Below are positions 25,384 to 38,767 of a stretch of DNA of 64,000 nt, piece by piece. Below the pieces are notes generated by a model. The model worked only from the letters and a program-made list of their open reading frames with translations. It did not search any database and had not been told where the DNA came from. Position 1 is the first letter of the stretch, and each line of letters starts with the position of its first letter. Both the position numbers and the translations under genes were made by a program. Origin of the DNA: Lama guanicoe (lineage: Eukaryota); assembly GCA_013239625.1 (NCBI GenBank), contig MU053758.1, positions 3,829,490 to 3,893,489 on the forward strand. Direction: 5' to 3'.

Positions 25384-25435
25384 TGCTCCCACCTTGTGGC
25401 CACAGCAGGAAGTGTGCCTGTTCCGCCGCTCTGCG
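25384..25435 (+). repeat. 52-bp direct repeat, copy 2
   Basis: TGCTCCCACCTTGTGGCCACAGCAGGAAGTGTGCCTGTTCCGCCGCTCTGCG; 2 mismatches to copy 1. Confidence 0.9.
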
Positions 25436-26153
25436 GCTTCAGCTTGAGTGGCTGTCACACAACGAGAAATAGTAAATTAAGAAAAGTGGAAGCAGTAGCA
25501 ATTGCTCACACAATTGTACTGTCATACTATGCAGTACAGACTGCATAGTAAATAGAGCACTACATGCTAATAATACATGCCTTTGAAGAGTATTTTATTT
25601 GAGCCCTTACTATGTGCCAGGCCCTGTGCCTGATGGTTTGGGATACAACAGTAAATGGTGGTTGATTCCAGTAGGGGAGACAGACATTAACAGCCCTGAT
25701 AAATAACTAAATTACATGTAAATTACATGGTGTCCTAGAAGGTGCTATGGGAAAAAGGAGCAGTAACACAGGGAAGGGAGGACGGGGTGGGGGGGCTGCA
25801 GTTTAAAACAGGGGGGTCAGGAAAGGCCTCAGTTACAAAGGAGACATTAAGCAAAACCTGGGGAGGAAGGGTAATAGGGTGGCCTAAAATGGGCTAATTG
25901 GCATATGGATAATTTTGAGCTGCGGGCACTTGAAAAACAGTAAATGTGGGGAGAGGCTTTTTCTGAACTTCCTTTACCTGCGTAAAGACACATCCTCCAA
26001 AAGGAACTCACTGTCCTAAATCCCCCCGCAGGAGGGAGTTTCATCAGCCAGGGAAAACTGACTCTTGTCACAGAAGAGAAATCGACACCACATCCAGACA
26101 AGCTTTGTCACAACTGTCATTCCTCCCCACTAGTCTTCCAAGGGCCCACTCAT

Positions 26154-26502
26154 TGTTACAGCAACCTGAATCCCGTCTAAAGAGCAAGCAACACTCAGAG
26201 GGTTGGAGAACTCAGTTTTATTATGCCAGCGGGCCCAAAGGAGTTAACACTCCAAGCTCTGGACCTGGTCTGTAGGTTTACACAGGCTTTTATAGGGTTT
26301 TAGGTTTTGATTATGTTTGTGTCGTATATAACTGAGGTATTAGAAATGGACCGATCAGGAGTGAGGTTTTGGGAACCAATGGAATTTTAAGGTTAAGTTT
26401 CGTTTTCCTAGAAGCAAGCCGTTTTACAGAAGCTCAAAATTGAGAAGGCAGTGGCCCTGCCTGGCAGGACTTGCTGGTCCCTTTGTGGGTATTGCCCCTT
26501 CA
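26154..26502 (-). mobile_element. Nested solo LTR (ERV1-like)
   Basis: TG...CA termini with 4-bp target-site duplication TCAT (26150-26153 and 26503-26506); minus-strand AATAAA at ~26217-26222 and TATAAAA at ~26288-26294. Confidence 0.75.
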
Positions 26503-26585
26503 TCATCTTTCCTAGAAATCATTTATTCTCTCCCCTAAGAGACCTATATCCCTTCTTTCCCATTTTTTTTTTAGAATAGTGTTTA

Positions 26586-27033
26586 TGTAATAGCAGAGAA
26601 CAAATCTGACTCTATATTGGATCTGTTTCTTTCATTTTAACCACAGTGCCCTGTTTTCAGGCTTAGTCTTGCTAGCTCTGCACTCTGGTAAAGATAACAA
26701 AGTTGCAGAACAGAGAATAACATTTGTTTTGTTGGAGGTTTTGCAGGAGCACCATGACCTGGCCCTAGAGGACAGCTGCAGGAACAAAGAATTCCCTACA
26801 CCAAGAAGTTTGCAACAACCACACCCTGTCCCCTGGTTTTTTGTTTTTTGGATTTTTTTGTATAAAAGGAGCCTGTATTCTGACTGGAGCAGGATGGTTC
26901 TCCAAGACATTAGTCTGCCATCCTCTCGGTCTGCCGGCTTTGCGAGTAAAGTCGCTATTCCTTGCCCCAACACCTTGTCTCCCAATTTATTGACTGTCAT
27001 GTGGTGAGCAGAACGAATTTGGACTCGGTAACA
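26586..27033 (+). mobile_element. Nested solo LTR (ERV1-like)
   Basis: TGTAA...TAACA termini, 4-bp TSD TTTA (26582-26585 and 27034-27037), internal TATAAAA and AGTAAA signals. Confidence 0.8.
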
Positions 27034-27125
27034 TTTAAGCCTGAATTCTAAGCCAACTTGGAGTTACTCATTTTTTCCTGAGTACTGCCATGTATGCATG
27101 GGGTATACATTTTAATAAACGTGCT

Positions 27126-27271
27126 GGGGTTGTTTTTTTTTTTTAATTTTAAGGGGAGTTAATTAGCTTCATTTATTTATTTTAATGATTATTTTTAATG
27201 GAGGTAGAGGAGGACCCAAGATCTCATACATGCTAAGCATGCACTCTGTCACTGAGCTATACCTTCCCCAC
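27126..27271 (-). mobile_element. tRNA-derived SINE
   Basis: Reverse complement of the SINE head (CACTGAGCTATACC), T-rich tail, and TSD TAAAC(G/T)TGCT at 27116-27125 and 27272-27281. Confidence 0.8.
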
Positions 27272-28034
27272 TAAACTTGCTTATTTTTCTCTTGATAATC
27301 TGTCTTATATGACAAGCATCTCAGCTAAGAAGTTTGAAGAGTGGAGGGGAAATTGTTTTTCCCCTACGAAACTTTGGGAATGAAAGCCATGTGCATATCT
27401 AGGGAAAAGCTTCCAGATCTCAAAGTGGGAGCATTTCTGGCATGTTCTAGGCCCAGCAAGGGAGCTGGTGTGGCCGGAGTGAGGAGTGAACAGTCAAGTA
27501 ATTGAGATGAGCTAAGAGAGGCAACAGGGATTGACCACAAAAGGCTTGGTGGAACATGTGAAGACCAGCTTTTACTTCTGAGCAGAAGAGGGTCATGTTG
27601 TGATTGCCATTTTAAGGAGCTTCCTCGGGTTGCTGTGTGGGGACCAGACACCGAGGAGCTGGGGTGAAAGTTTGTGGGAGTAGCTATGCAGTAATCCAGA
27701 ACAGAGATGATGGTGGCTCAGTCTTGGGTGGGAGCCAGGGAGTGGTGAGCAGCTGTCAGACTCTGATATATTGAGCAGAGAGAGCCAGAGTTGCCTAACC
27801 AATTGGACATGAGGTGGAAGGGAAAAGTCAGGATGCTGTCTCCATGGAGATGCAGCTGTCAGGAGCCGAGATGGGGTGACAGTGGATGGGGGCAGTTGGG
27901 ATGGGAAGGGGAGATTAGGAGCTCAGTAGAGGGTGTGCTAAATCTAGGATGTTTATTAAACATCACAGGGGTATATCGAGTGAGTTAACTTCTTTGACCC
28001 ACTTCGTAACTGCGTGTGTCTGTGTCTGTGTGTG

Positions 28035-28665
28035 TTTTATTGTGGGTACAGATACGTAACATGAAATTTACCATTTTAACCATCTTTAAGTATATAGTTC
28101 AGCAGTAATTTTCACACTGTTGTACAAGTATCATCCATCATTACCATCATCACCATCATCACCATCCATCTCCAGAAACTTTTCATCATCCCAAACTGAA
28201 ACACTGTACCCGCTCAGCAAGAACTCCCCGTTCTCCCCTTCCCCAGCCCCTGGCAATCACCATTCTATTTCTATAAATTTGACTGTTCTGTATCCTGCAT
28301 ATAAGTGAAGTTATCCAGTATTTGTCCTTTTGTGACTGGCTTATCTCACTTAGCATAATGTCCTCAAAGTTCATCCATGTTGTAACCTGTGTCAGAATTT
28401 TATTCCTTTTTAAGGCTGAGTACTATTCCATTGTATGAATAATCCACATTTTGCTTATCCATTCATCCATCGATGAAAATGTGGGTTGTTTCTTTTTAAC
28501 TTTTTGGCTGTTGTGAATGATGCTGCTATGAAGGTGAGTGTACAAATATCTGTTCTTGTCACTCATCGCTTTCAATTCTTTTGGGTCTATAACTAGAAGT
28601 GGAATTGTGGCTGATAAAATGATTATATGTTTAGTTTTTTGAGGTATTGCTATGCTGTTTCCCAA
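28035..28665 (-). mobile_element. Old L1 (L1MB-like) 3' region
   Basis: Minus-strand decayed ORF2 C-terminus (MNFEDIMLSEISQSQKDKY; MDEWISKMW). Confidence 0.8.
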
Positions 28666-29934
28666 CCCTTTGTGTTTTTTCCCCTACTTTTACACCCGAG
28701 GGACTGAGAATCAGACAGGTGAAGGGACTTGGAGAAGGTAGCAGAGCCCTGAGCCAAGGACTGGCCCCAGAGATGCTTCTGGTCCACTTGAACTCTGTGA
28801 TTCTGACAACCCTCCTAGAGACAGACCTGGAAATAGAAATTCATGGGAACTGAATTGAACCAAGGTGCAAATTTAGGAGACATCTTCCTAGAGCTGGTCA
28901 GGAACGAGGTCGCCAGTTTGCCGCAGAAGACAGGAATGCAGGACCCAAGAAAAGCAGGAAGCAGGAGTGTGGGACCTGGCAGGAGTCCAGAGAAGGAAGG
29001 GGAGCCAGCAGAGAAGGCAAAGGGAGAGCTGCCTGTCCATACTGTCAGTGAGTCCCAGGCCACGTTTTCCAACCACAGCTTACTAGGAGCTGTGTGACCT
29101 TGGGCTGGTTGCTTACCCTTTCTGAGCCTAGGTCTCTCCATCTATAAAATGGTAATAATAAAAGTCCTTGCCTCATTGGGTTGATGAGACAACTAAATGT
29201 GATGAACTAGGGTTTGTAAAGCCCTTAACAGAGATGAGAGAGCACCACAGAACCCAGAGAGAGAAGAGTTTGATAAGTCACTGGAAGAGATGGGTGAGGA
29301 CCTCCCTCGCGTGGGCTGCTGGAGGGACCGTGAACCAATTGCTCTCTGGAGGGCAGTTTGGCAAACACCTTAAAGATATGCTTATCAACTGACCCAGAAA
29401 ATCTACTTAGAGGAATTTATCCTCAGAAATACTAAAAGATGTGCAATTTGAATTATCCACGAAGATGTTTATCCAGTGCTGTTGATGAGAACAGAGGATT
29501 GGACTTGATTCAGACGTCCAAGAAAAGGGGACTGGTTACATTTTTGATGCTACATGTAGACAAAAATTATGTACCCATTAAAAATGTGGTTGTGGAATTC
29601 TGTTTATCAGCACAGAAAGAGGCTCAGAATATATATTTGTCACTCTTTTATTACAGAAATGTTTAAACATGCACCAAAGTAGAAAAAAATGATATAATAA
29701 ACCCCCATGCTCAAATCACCCAAAGTCAACAATGACCAATTCATGAAACATCTTTATCTGTATCCCCACCCACCTCTTCTCTTCTCCAACATACTATTTT
29801 CAAACAAATCCCAAAGATCATAGCATTTCATCCATAGATATTTCATTATGTAGCTGGCAGATAAGAACTCTTTTTCTCTAACATGACCACATGCAATTAT
29901 CACACCTGAAATAATTAATAATAATTCCTTAATA

Positions 29935-30792
29935 AAGGAAAACAGTTTCTCTACTTACAACACTTCTGACACCAAATGTGTGGATTTTCCACACCAAGCA
30001 ATTCTGACACTAACTACCCAGAGTTAGTACAGTCCCCACAGATTAAAGTTTCTCTCAGTCCCAGAAGACTGCGCCCCCTTCAGACGTCAGTCACAAGCGG
30101 TGTGTCCTAAGGTCCCCACAGTTCTGTCCAACTTGGCTGTGAATCATGTTCCCACAGCCCCCTCCTAGGGTTCAATAATTTGCTGTGATGGCTCAGAGAA
30201 CTCAGGGAAACACTTCACTTGCTATTACCAGTTAATTATAAAGAATATTATAAACTACAAAGATGAACAGGCAAATGAAGAGGAATACAGAGCAAGATCT
30301 GTAAGGGTCCTGAGCTCAGGATATTCTAACCCCTCAGGAACGAGTGCACCACCTTCCTGGCACATAGATGTATTCACCAACCAGAACCCTGTTGTTTTAA
30401 GTTTTTATGGAGGTTCCATTATGATTGGCCCCAGGTGACTAACTCAGTTTCCAGCCTCTCCCCCATCCCCAGAGGAGGCTGGAGAAAAGACTGGACAGTC
30501 CAACTCTTCAATCACGTGATTGGTTCCTCTGGCAACCAGCCTCCATCCGGAAGCTATCTAGGGGCTGAAGCCACAAGTCATCACATTAACATACAAAAAG
30601 ACACTCATCACTCCAGAGATTCTAAGCGTCACAGTAGTTCTTGTGTCAGGAACCAGGGACGAAGACCAAATATTCTAATAAAAGATGCTCCTAGCATCCC
30701 CATCATTCAGGAAATCACAACAGTTTTAGGAGCTCTGTGCCAGAACCTGGGGGCAGAGACCAAATATATATTTATTTTATCACAATACCACA
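29935..30792. mobile_element. MER21-like LTR inserted into an old L1MC-like fragment (~29640-31740)
   Basis: ACACTTCTGACACCAAATGTGTGG, AGAACTCAGGGAAACACTT and terminal GACCAAATATATATTTATTTTATCACA resemble MER21-family LTRs. Confidence 0.6.
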
Positions 30793-31142
30793 CAACGTAA
30801 TCAACTATCTGGTCAGTGTTTAAATCTCTCTCTTATAAATGACAATTTTTTCTTTTCAGTTTGAGATCGACATAAAGTCCACATAAAGCAATTGGTTGTA
30901 TAGATCTAAGTCTTTCAAAATATAGGTACCTTCTCCCTGTCTTTTCTTTTCCCCTCCCAATTCATTTGTTGTAGAAAAGATGATGTGTCCCGTAGAGTTT
31001 CCAGTTGGGACTTTGCAGATTGCATTCCCGTGGTGTAGTTTCACATGTTCCACTGTCCTCTGTATTGCCTGAAACTTGCCAGTTAGACCTAAAATCTTCA
31101 TCAGATTTAAGGTTGTCTCCTCCTCCTTCTCAGCAGGGGCAA

Positions 31143-31211
31143 TTCATAGGTGGTGGTGGAGAAATTTCATAGGCAGTGGTGGAGAAATTTCATAGGCGGT
31201 GGTGGAGAAAT
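31143..31211 (+). repeat. Three tandem copies of a 23-bp unit
   Basis: TTCATAGGYRGTGGTGGAGAAAT x3, no spacers. Confidence 0.9.
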
Positions 31212-34034
31212 ACATTGTTTCTCTTTGGGGGACTTAAGCAGCAGTTGAGGACTACTGCCCAGATCCATTCATTCATTAGGGGTTGCAAAATGGCAATATT
31301 CTCATTGTATCATCCCTTCTTCATTGATTACCTGGAATACTTCTATAAAGAGAAGTATGTCCTTCCCCCTCATCTATAATTTGTTTCCCCTAAGGCACAG
31401 TTCTTACAGGAGAGGCAAGCTTTCAAAGAAATGAGATGATTCCTTAGCATCCTCCAAAAGTGACTGATAAGGGTTTTCTTTCATCCTTATCAACTTGTGA
31501 ATTTCAATATGTTTAAAATAAAGATATTTGATATGTTTCAATCTATTGCATGTATTATCCTTATAACTAGGTAAAATGTGTACATGGTTCCAAAATCAAA
31601 TCTCCAAAACAGGATAAAGTCAAAGAAATCCAGCTTCTATCCCCATCCCCTCTATCCTCTATTTCCTTTCCCCTTACATGTAACCTTTTTTAAGACCAAA
31701 ACATACATATATCCCTCTTTTTATGTAACAGTAGCTTACTTCACTATTATGTGACAAAAAGCAAGTCACAAAACAGTTTGCAAAGTCTGATCCCAAGCAA
31801 AATGCATTGTGTTTAAACATATAATAATAGGGAGGGGGGACATGTTGATGTCTTTAATTGCACCTGCTCTTTGGGGTCCTACAACCTGGTACAAACTGTT
31901 TTGTCAAGTGGAGATAAGCCTTGTCTGTACACCTGTGAGGGATCACTATCTTACTAAGGATTCAGCAGGAGCAGAGGACGGGGCACAAAATTTCCTTCCC
32001 CAAGGCCCCGAAAATCTGAGATACACCGGCTCTCCCAGCCCCTCCCTTTCCACCTCTTCCTACCAACTGCACTCAACCTCTAGCCTTGCCGGCTGCACCT
32101 ACCACTCCCCGGCGCCTCCCCTGGGGTCTAATCCTCCTCCTAGCATCTTAGCTCTACCAGGCTCCCCAACCTGCCACCCAAGGCCCCTCAGGACACTGGA
32201 GCTGCTCTCCCTAGAAGGTGAGCTGGAGGTTGCGCATAAACCAATGGGTTTTTTTCCTGATACATACAGGAAAGTACACTGAGGCTCACTGAGATTAGGC
32301 AAGTCGCCTGAGGACACAGAGCAAACAAGAAGCGGGACATCTCAAAATGTCCCTTGACTCGAAACCCCAACCTTGTCTGCAGGACCTCCTGTAGGGACTA
32401 TGATTACCCTGAGTTTGGGCTGCGAGGAAGGGAGCACTCAGATCCTTGGGAGCGTCTGGGAAGGAAGGAAGGAATACACCTGCGCATACATGCTCTCACT
32501 CCCTCAGATACACATACACACGCACACTGACGCTCACACACGGTGGCATGCACGTTCACTCTCGCCCCCATGTATTCACACACGTGCACACACACGTGCC
32601 TCTTATGCCCACAAGGTCTGCTCATCTCTGAACCACAGCTGGACCCTGTCAATCCCCGCTCTCATCCCCTCAGGGGCAGGCAGGTGCTCAGCACAGTGCT
32701 GGTCATGGTAAGGGGTTCAGCCATTGTTTGTTTAAAGAAAAGAATTAAAGATCCAAAAACAATGTTTTTTAAATCCTAGTCTATGTGCTGTCATAGCTGC
32801 CCTGCCCACAGCAGCCCAGGCCACCCAGACTCACTCTGCAAACTTAAAGTAACACACCCCTGAGAACGGGGGTGCACTCCCAGGAAATGACTAACCCCCT
32901 TACAAGGGCAGAATCACCCCAGAGACTTCTGGAAACCTGGCCCCTCCAGGCGGCCGAGCTGCCCAGCAGGAAGAGGGCCACCCTCACCACCCCTGCCAGT
33001 GTCCTTGACTAAGCCCAGATGCCTTATGTACAGAAGGGCCAATGCCACCTGCTTTGTCAGGATCCCACGGGACAGGAGTGGGAAATACTCAGCACAGCAC
33101 CTAATGGGTAGGGGACACTCAATAACTGTTAGTTTCACAAAACGAGAAACGCATTGCCCAGAAGTGAACCTTAATGTAGACTATGGACTTTGGATGATTG
33201 TGATGTGTCAATGCAGGTTCATTGATTGTAACAAAGGTACCACTCTGGCGGGAATGTTGACAGTGGAGGAGGCAGTAGTGTCTGCCTGGGGGCAAGAGGT
33301 ACACAGGAACTCTCTGTACCTTCTAGATGTTGCTGTAAACCTGAAACTGCTCTAAAAATTATACCCCATTTTTTTTAACTATTTCCCAGAATTCCTCTCA
33401 GGAAGAGTCTTACGTAGAGGTAGAAAGGACAACATGTAAGCTGTCTGGGGCAAAGGATGAGGCCAGTGCCCCCAGCACCCTGGGGCACACTCAGGTGACA
33501 ATATTTGGTTCCTAGCTGGTGGGAGTGTCAGCTTGGGCTGGGTAAGAGAAACAAGAAGAGAAAACTTCACCTTCTCAGTGGTAAAACTCTCATCCCCACC
33601 CAGGAAAAGCCCCAGTTCAGGTGGGTGAAGATAAGCCACTTGGGGAAGAAACGATCACATAGCTCTTTACGCATGACCATCCCTGAGCTGTTTTCCAAAC
33701 TGGGAGCTGGGAGCAATTGGTAAGCCCACCAGAGAGGCTGAAGGAGGAAGTACGAGACCAGGAAATAAGGGTGATGTTGGTGAGGAGATGGCTGGGGGGA
33801 CCAGCCAAGTGTCTGAGTGTGGACTTGCTCCGTGCTGTGCCAACGAACCCTCTCTTCAGTCTGGAATCATCCAGAGTAGTGCTTTCCAGTATAAAGGTTG
33901 CCCGTGTCACTTTAAATTTCCCAGTAGCCACATTTTTTCAAAAGTAAAAAGAAGCAGGTATAACTAATTTTAATGTCCTTTTTTATTTAACCCAAAATAG
34001 CCAAAGTATTATTATTTTGATGAGTAATCATATA

Positions 34035-34415
34035 TGGAGAAAGACAAACATCATATGATACCCCTTATATGTGGAATCTGAAAAAAATATTATACAAATC
34101 TTATCTACAAACCAAAACTAGACTCACAGACATAGAAAACAAACTCTGGTTACCAAAGAAGGAAGGAGAGGAGAGGGATAAATTAGGAGTTTGGGACTAA
34201 CAGGTACACACTACTATATATAAAAGAGATAAACAACAAGGACCTACTGTATAGCACAAGGAACTATATTCAATTTCTTGTAATAACATACAAAGGGGAA
34301 GAATCAGAAATGTGTATATATATGGATATACGTTTAACTGAATAACTCTTGCTGTACACCTGAAACTAACATTGTAAATTGACTACATTCAATAAAAAAT
34401 AAGAACAAAAAAAAG
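34035..34415 (+). mobile_element. Artiodactyl-type L1 3' end fragment
   Basis: GAGAAAGACAAACATCATATGATA...TGTGGAATCT...TGTATAGCACAAGGAACTATATTCAA...CAATAAAAAA. Confidence 0.8.
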
Positions 34416-34472
34416 TTATTGAAATATTTTACAATTCGTTTTCATGCTAAATTTTTAAAACTCTATTAACTC

Positions 34473-34613
34473 CTTTTTTTGTTGTTGTTTTGTTTTGTTT
34501 GAGGGGGAGGTAATTAGGTTTATTTATTTATTTTAGTGGAGTTACTAGGAAATGAACTCAGGACCTAGCACATGCTAAGCACACACTCTACCACTGAGCT
34601 ATACCCTCCCCCC
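34473..34613 (-). mobile_element. tRNA-derived SINE
   Basis: Reverse complement of GGGAGGGTATAGCTCAGTGGTAGAGTGTGTGCTTAGCATG with a T-rich tail. Confidence 0.85.
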
Positions 34614-37600
34614 AACTTTAAAAAAATACAAACTAAATTAAATTAAATTAAAAATAAACCCGAGGAGGTGTGGTCTCAGTACAAGGCAGACTGCCCTACC
34701 CAAAAACGCCCTGGGGCTTCTCCCCGAGAGGGGCCAGGTCTGAACTGATCTCCACACAACGCATCTGATGCTCTTTATGCCATCTGGAAAGTCCACCCCG
34801 TGCGCTCCCCACCCCCAGCCTAGGGGACCCTCACTCTCGTGCTCAGTCAGAATGCAGGGCCCTCTGTGCACCTGTACCTGGCACTTCTTCTGTTCCGCCC
34901 GGGCCCCCAGCTCGAGGGGGTGGCACCTGAGCCCTGCCAGGCAATGAGCTCCCCGAGGGCAGGGGCCAGGCCGGGCCCTTCTCCGCTTCCCCCACCAGCC
35001 CAGGCTGCACTTTATCCTCCCCACCCAGGGCAACGGAGCCTGCAGTTTAGCCTCTCAGGTGGGCCTGCCCAGGGGAGGGGAAGCAGGGGCTCTGGACTGT
35101 ACCCCCTTCCTAAGCAAGACTGCCTCCCCCTCATCCCATCTATAGGGGCTCCTGCCAGACTCCCAAAGGAGGAGGAAGGAGAGGAGGGGAAAGAACAGCA
35201 AGCAGGTCGGGGAAGGTGGATGCGCTGCTGGAAAAGAAGTAAAGGGGAACTGAGCAGGAGTGGAGTCCCTGGCAAGGGGAGGAAAAGTGAGACGAAGAAG
35301 AAAGCCTGGAGGTGGGGGCAGAGAGGGAGTAAAGTACACCAGTCTTAAGGGTCCAGCTCCATGAATTTTTACCGCCATTTCCAGCACCCTATAGCACCCT
35401 ATAAAGGTCCCTTTCATGTCCCATGTGGGGGTAGGCTGAAGAGTGACGTATCATGAGCAGAACCCCAGCTGAGGCCTAACACGCACATCTCGTAACCACC
35501 CCAGGCAATCTGGGTCAGAGCCACAGCAAAGCCCAGCTCTGCCTCCTTTTCCAAGTGGTGAGAATAGCAGACTTAATTCACTGGGAAGGAGAATGGGGGG
35601 ACACCATTCCCATTCTGTACATGTGTAAGCGGTAGCTCTCAAATAAAGAATGCAAGAAATACCACATTTATTTGACTTCCTTTCAGTCAAGTTAAATCCT
35701 ATGCCAGTTATCCCCACAGCTGCCCAGAAATCCGACCTTGGTTGTGACAGAGGCTCCAGGGATCCCCAGGATTCCCTCTAGGTTACAGGGTTTTCTGTAG
35801 CACCACAGCTACAGGGAGGCCCCTTGGACCTGATCATCCATCTGCCCTGGTTAACATGGAGATGCTTACTTCCCCAGAGGATGTGATCCTTTCCTGGTGG
35901 GAGATTCTGTTGCTTCCATGACAAGTTCAGAGCCCTGGGGAACCTTAATCAAGGCTGAAGTTCCCCAGGTTTCCCACCCAGCCATGTCCTTACCACATCC
36001 AAAGATCACCCTAGAGAGGGGCCCACCTCTGTCCCATCTCCATTCTGACAGCGTTACTCCTGTCCCTTACTGCTCTCAGAGGTGCTCTCTCTCCCTTCTC
36101 CTCTGAGAATCTGGCATAATCTATTTTGTGATTTAACAGTGTTACGTTTTTATCCTGTCACACATACTCTTCTCTTTAAATCCCCTCAAATGCCTAAGTG
36201 AAAGGTATTATTACCCCTTTGTACAGATGAGAAGAAAGAGGCTGGGAGATACTGAGTCACCCAGGTAGGAAGAGGTGAGGGTGATGCTCAGATTCAGGTA
36301 CTCCGGAGCTGGTGCGCTGTGCCCTGCCCTGGCTGCCAGGGCCAGGACTCAGAACTAGGAGCACAGTTAATAAACAAGCCAGGATTATCGACAGGCACAG
36401 ATGTCACTTTCAGACAGATTTGTCCTGGCTCCATCATTACTCCACAGGCTCCCCAGGCTGGGGAGACCTCCGCACTGGACAGTGGACTCTTGTAGACCCT
36501 TCTTAGAAATGTTCCCAGCAGGAGCACAGAGCTATGGACTTTAGACTTGGCAAAGGCCTTGGAATTTACCTAGTCCTCCTCCTATAGGGGTAAAATAGAG
36601 GCCCTAAGAGGCGAACAGGGTCACCTAGGAAGCTGGTAGTAACTAAGAACTGGGTATCCCACTTCCCCAGGAACCAGCCCCAAGCCTGGCCTCTGAACTG
36701 CAGCCTGCCCAGAGTAAAGCCTGTGTGTGTTTGTGGCCATAACTATTTAAAGTGCACTGAGGTCAGGTCTGGCGCCAGACACCAGGTCCCTGGGAGAGGA
36801 GCTGGGGAGAGGAGGCCAGGTCAAGCAGCACCCTTTGGAGCCCGGAGTTGGACCTCTGGAAAGGACTTTTTCTCAATGCTTGGCCCCAGGATTTTCTAAG
36901 AGGGTGGCAGAGGTTATAGCTTGGCTGTTCCTGGTAACTAAGCACCTATGTGTGTTCATTCCACAAACACTGAGCATCCACTATGTGCCGGTAACTACTG
37001 CATGTATACAGTAGAGGAGACAGGCACGCATCCCGCTCTTTGAGCTCCCAGTCTAGGAGGGAGACAACTAAGGGAAGGGGCAGAGCCAGATCATAGGCAC
37101 ACCATCCTTAGAAGGGCCCTGTGCTGGATTCAATGCTCTGCTGTCACTGTCTTGAAATTGTTAACCGTTTTTGAACAAAGAGCCTTGCACTGTCATCTTG
37201 TACTGGGCCCAGCAATTGACGCAGCCAGTTCAAGGAACAGGCAAGCAAAATGCAGTGTGATAAATGCCCAAAACAGAGGAAGTGGGGGCCCAAGAGAAGA
37301 CTCCAAGCACAGTCTTTTCAGAAAAAGACAAAATCCCAGCTGAGTCCTAGAGGATGAATGGGAGATGCCAAGCGGAGGAGGGGAGGGAGGGAGGTACCAA
37401 GCAAAGGGACAGCACGTACAAACCCTGAGAGGAGAAAGTCTGGGTGCTTTAGAGAACGCCATGGTGAACACAAGGAGTGGTGACACACCATGATGTGAAA
37501 GAGGGACAAGACCCAGAGGAGCCAAGATAACTCTGAAGAAGAATAAAACAGAGGGGCTCATGCTATTGGACATTGAGATTTTTTGTAAAGCTCCCATAAT

Positions 37601-37954
37601 TGAGAGATTGTGGCTTTGGGATGAATAAACCAGTGGAACAGAACAGAGAGTCCCAAAACGAACTCACACATAAATGGAAATATGATTATGATAGAGAAGG
37701 CAGGACAAATCAGGCAGTATTCAATAAATGGTGCTGGGACAACCAGCTATCCTCATAGGAAAAAAAAATACTGTCCTAAATGTTCATCAACAGATGACTG
37801 GATAAAGAAGATATAGTATATAAACATACAATGGAATACTACTCAGCTATAAAAAAAACAATAAAATAATGCCCTTCACAGCAACGTGGATGGACCTGGA
37901 GATTGTCATTCTCAGAGAAATAAGCCAGAAAGAAAAATAAAAATACCATATATC

Positions 37955-38767
37955 GCAAATCAAAACTACAATGAGGTATCACCTCACACCAGTCAAAATG
38001 GCCGTCATTCAAAAATCCACAAATGACAACTGCTGGAGAGGCTGTGGAGAAAGGGGAACCCTCCTACACTGCTGGTGGGAATGCAGTTTGGTGCAGCCAC
38101 TAGGGAAAACAGTGTGGAGATTCCTCATAAGACTAGGAATAGATTTACCGTATGACCCAGGAATCTCACTCCTGGGCTTGTATCCAGAAGGAACCCTACT
38201 TCAGGATGACACCTGCACCCCAATGTTCATAGCAGCACTATTTACAATAGCCAAACCATGGAAACAGCCTAAATGTCCATCAACAGGTGACTGGATAAAG
38301 AAGATGTGGTATCTTTATACAATGGAATACTACTCAGCCATAAAAACCGACAACATAACACCATTTGCAGCAACATGGATGCTCCTGGAGAATGTCATTC
38401 TAAGTGAAGTAAGCCAGAAAGAGAAAGAAAAATACCATATGAGATCGCTCATATGTGGAATCTAAAAAACAAACAAAAACAAAGCATAAATACAGGACAG
38501 AAATAAACTCATAGACAGAGAATATAGACTTGTGGTTGCCAGGGGGGCAGGGGGTGGGAAGGGATAGACTGGGATTTCAAAATTGTAGAATAGATAAGAT
38601 TATACTGTATAGCACAGGGAAATATACATAAAACGTTATGGTAGCTCACAGAGAAAAAAATGTGACAATGAGTGTGTATATGTCCATGAATGACTGAAAA
38701 ATTGTGCTGAACACTGGAATTTGATACAGCATTGTAAAATGATTATAAATCAATAAAAAATGTTAAA
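37955..38767 (+). mobile_element. Young 5'-truncated L1 (ORF2 C-terminus plus 3' UTR) nested in an older L1 (~37772-39135)
   Basis: Open frame 37971-38465 encodes the L1 ORF2 Cys-rich end (HCWWEC...[22 protein letters not shown]...MEYYSAIK); 16-bp TSD AAAAATACCATATATC at 37939-37954 and 38768-38783. Confidence 0.92.

Larger units (their letters stand above)
25859..27368 (+). mobile_element. Host solo LTR interrupted by three younger insertions, itself within L2 sequence (~25590-27990)
   Basis: LTR-like segments at 25859-26153, 26503-26585, 27034-27125 (with AATAAA) and 27272-27368 (ending TTTTTCCCCTAC). L2-like motifs flank both sides. Confidence 0.55.

Noticed and set aside
31143..31211. 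CRISPR-like repeat array
   Set aside because: Three contiguous 23-bp units with no spacers in mammalian L1-derived DNA; a minisatellite.
37971..38465. 164-aa ORF as a host gene
   Set aside because: It is the C-terminus of L1 ORF2 in a 5'-truncated insertion with TSDs.
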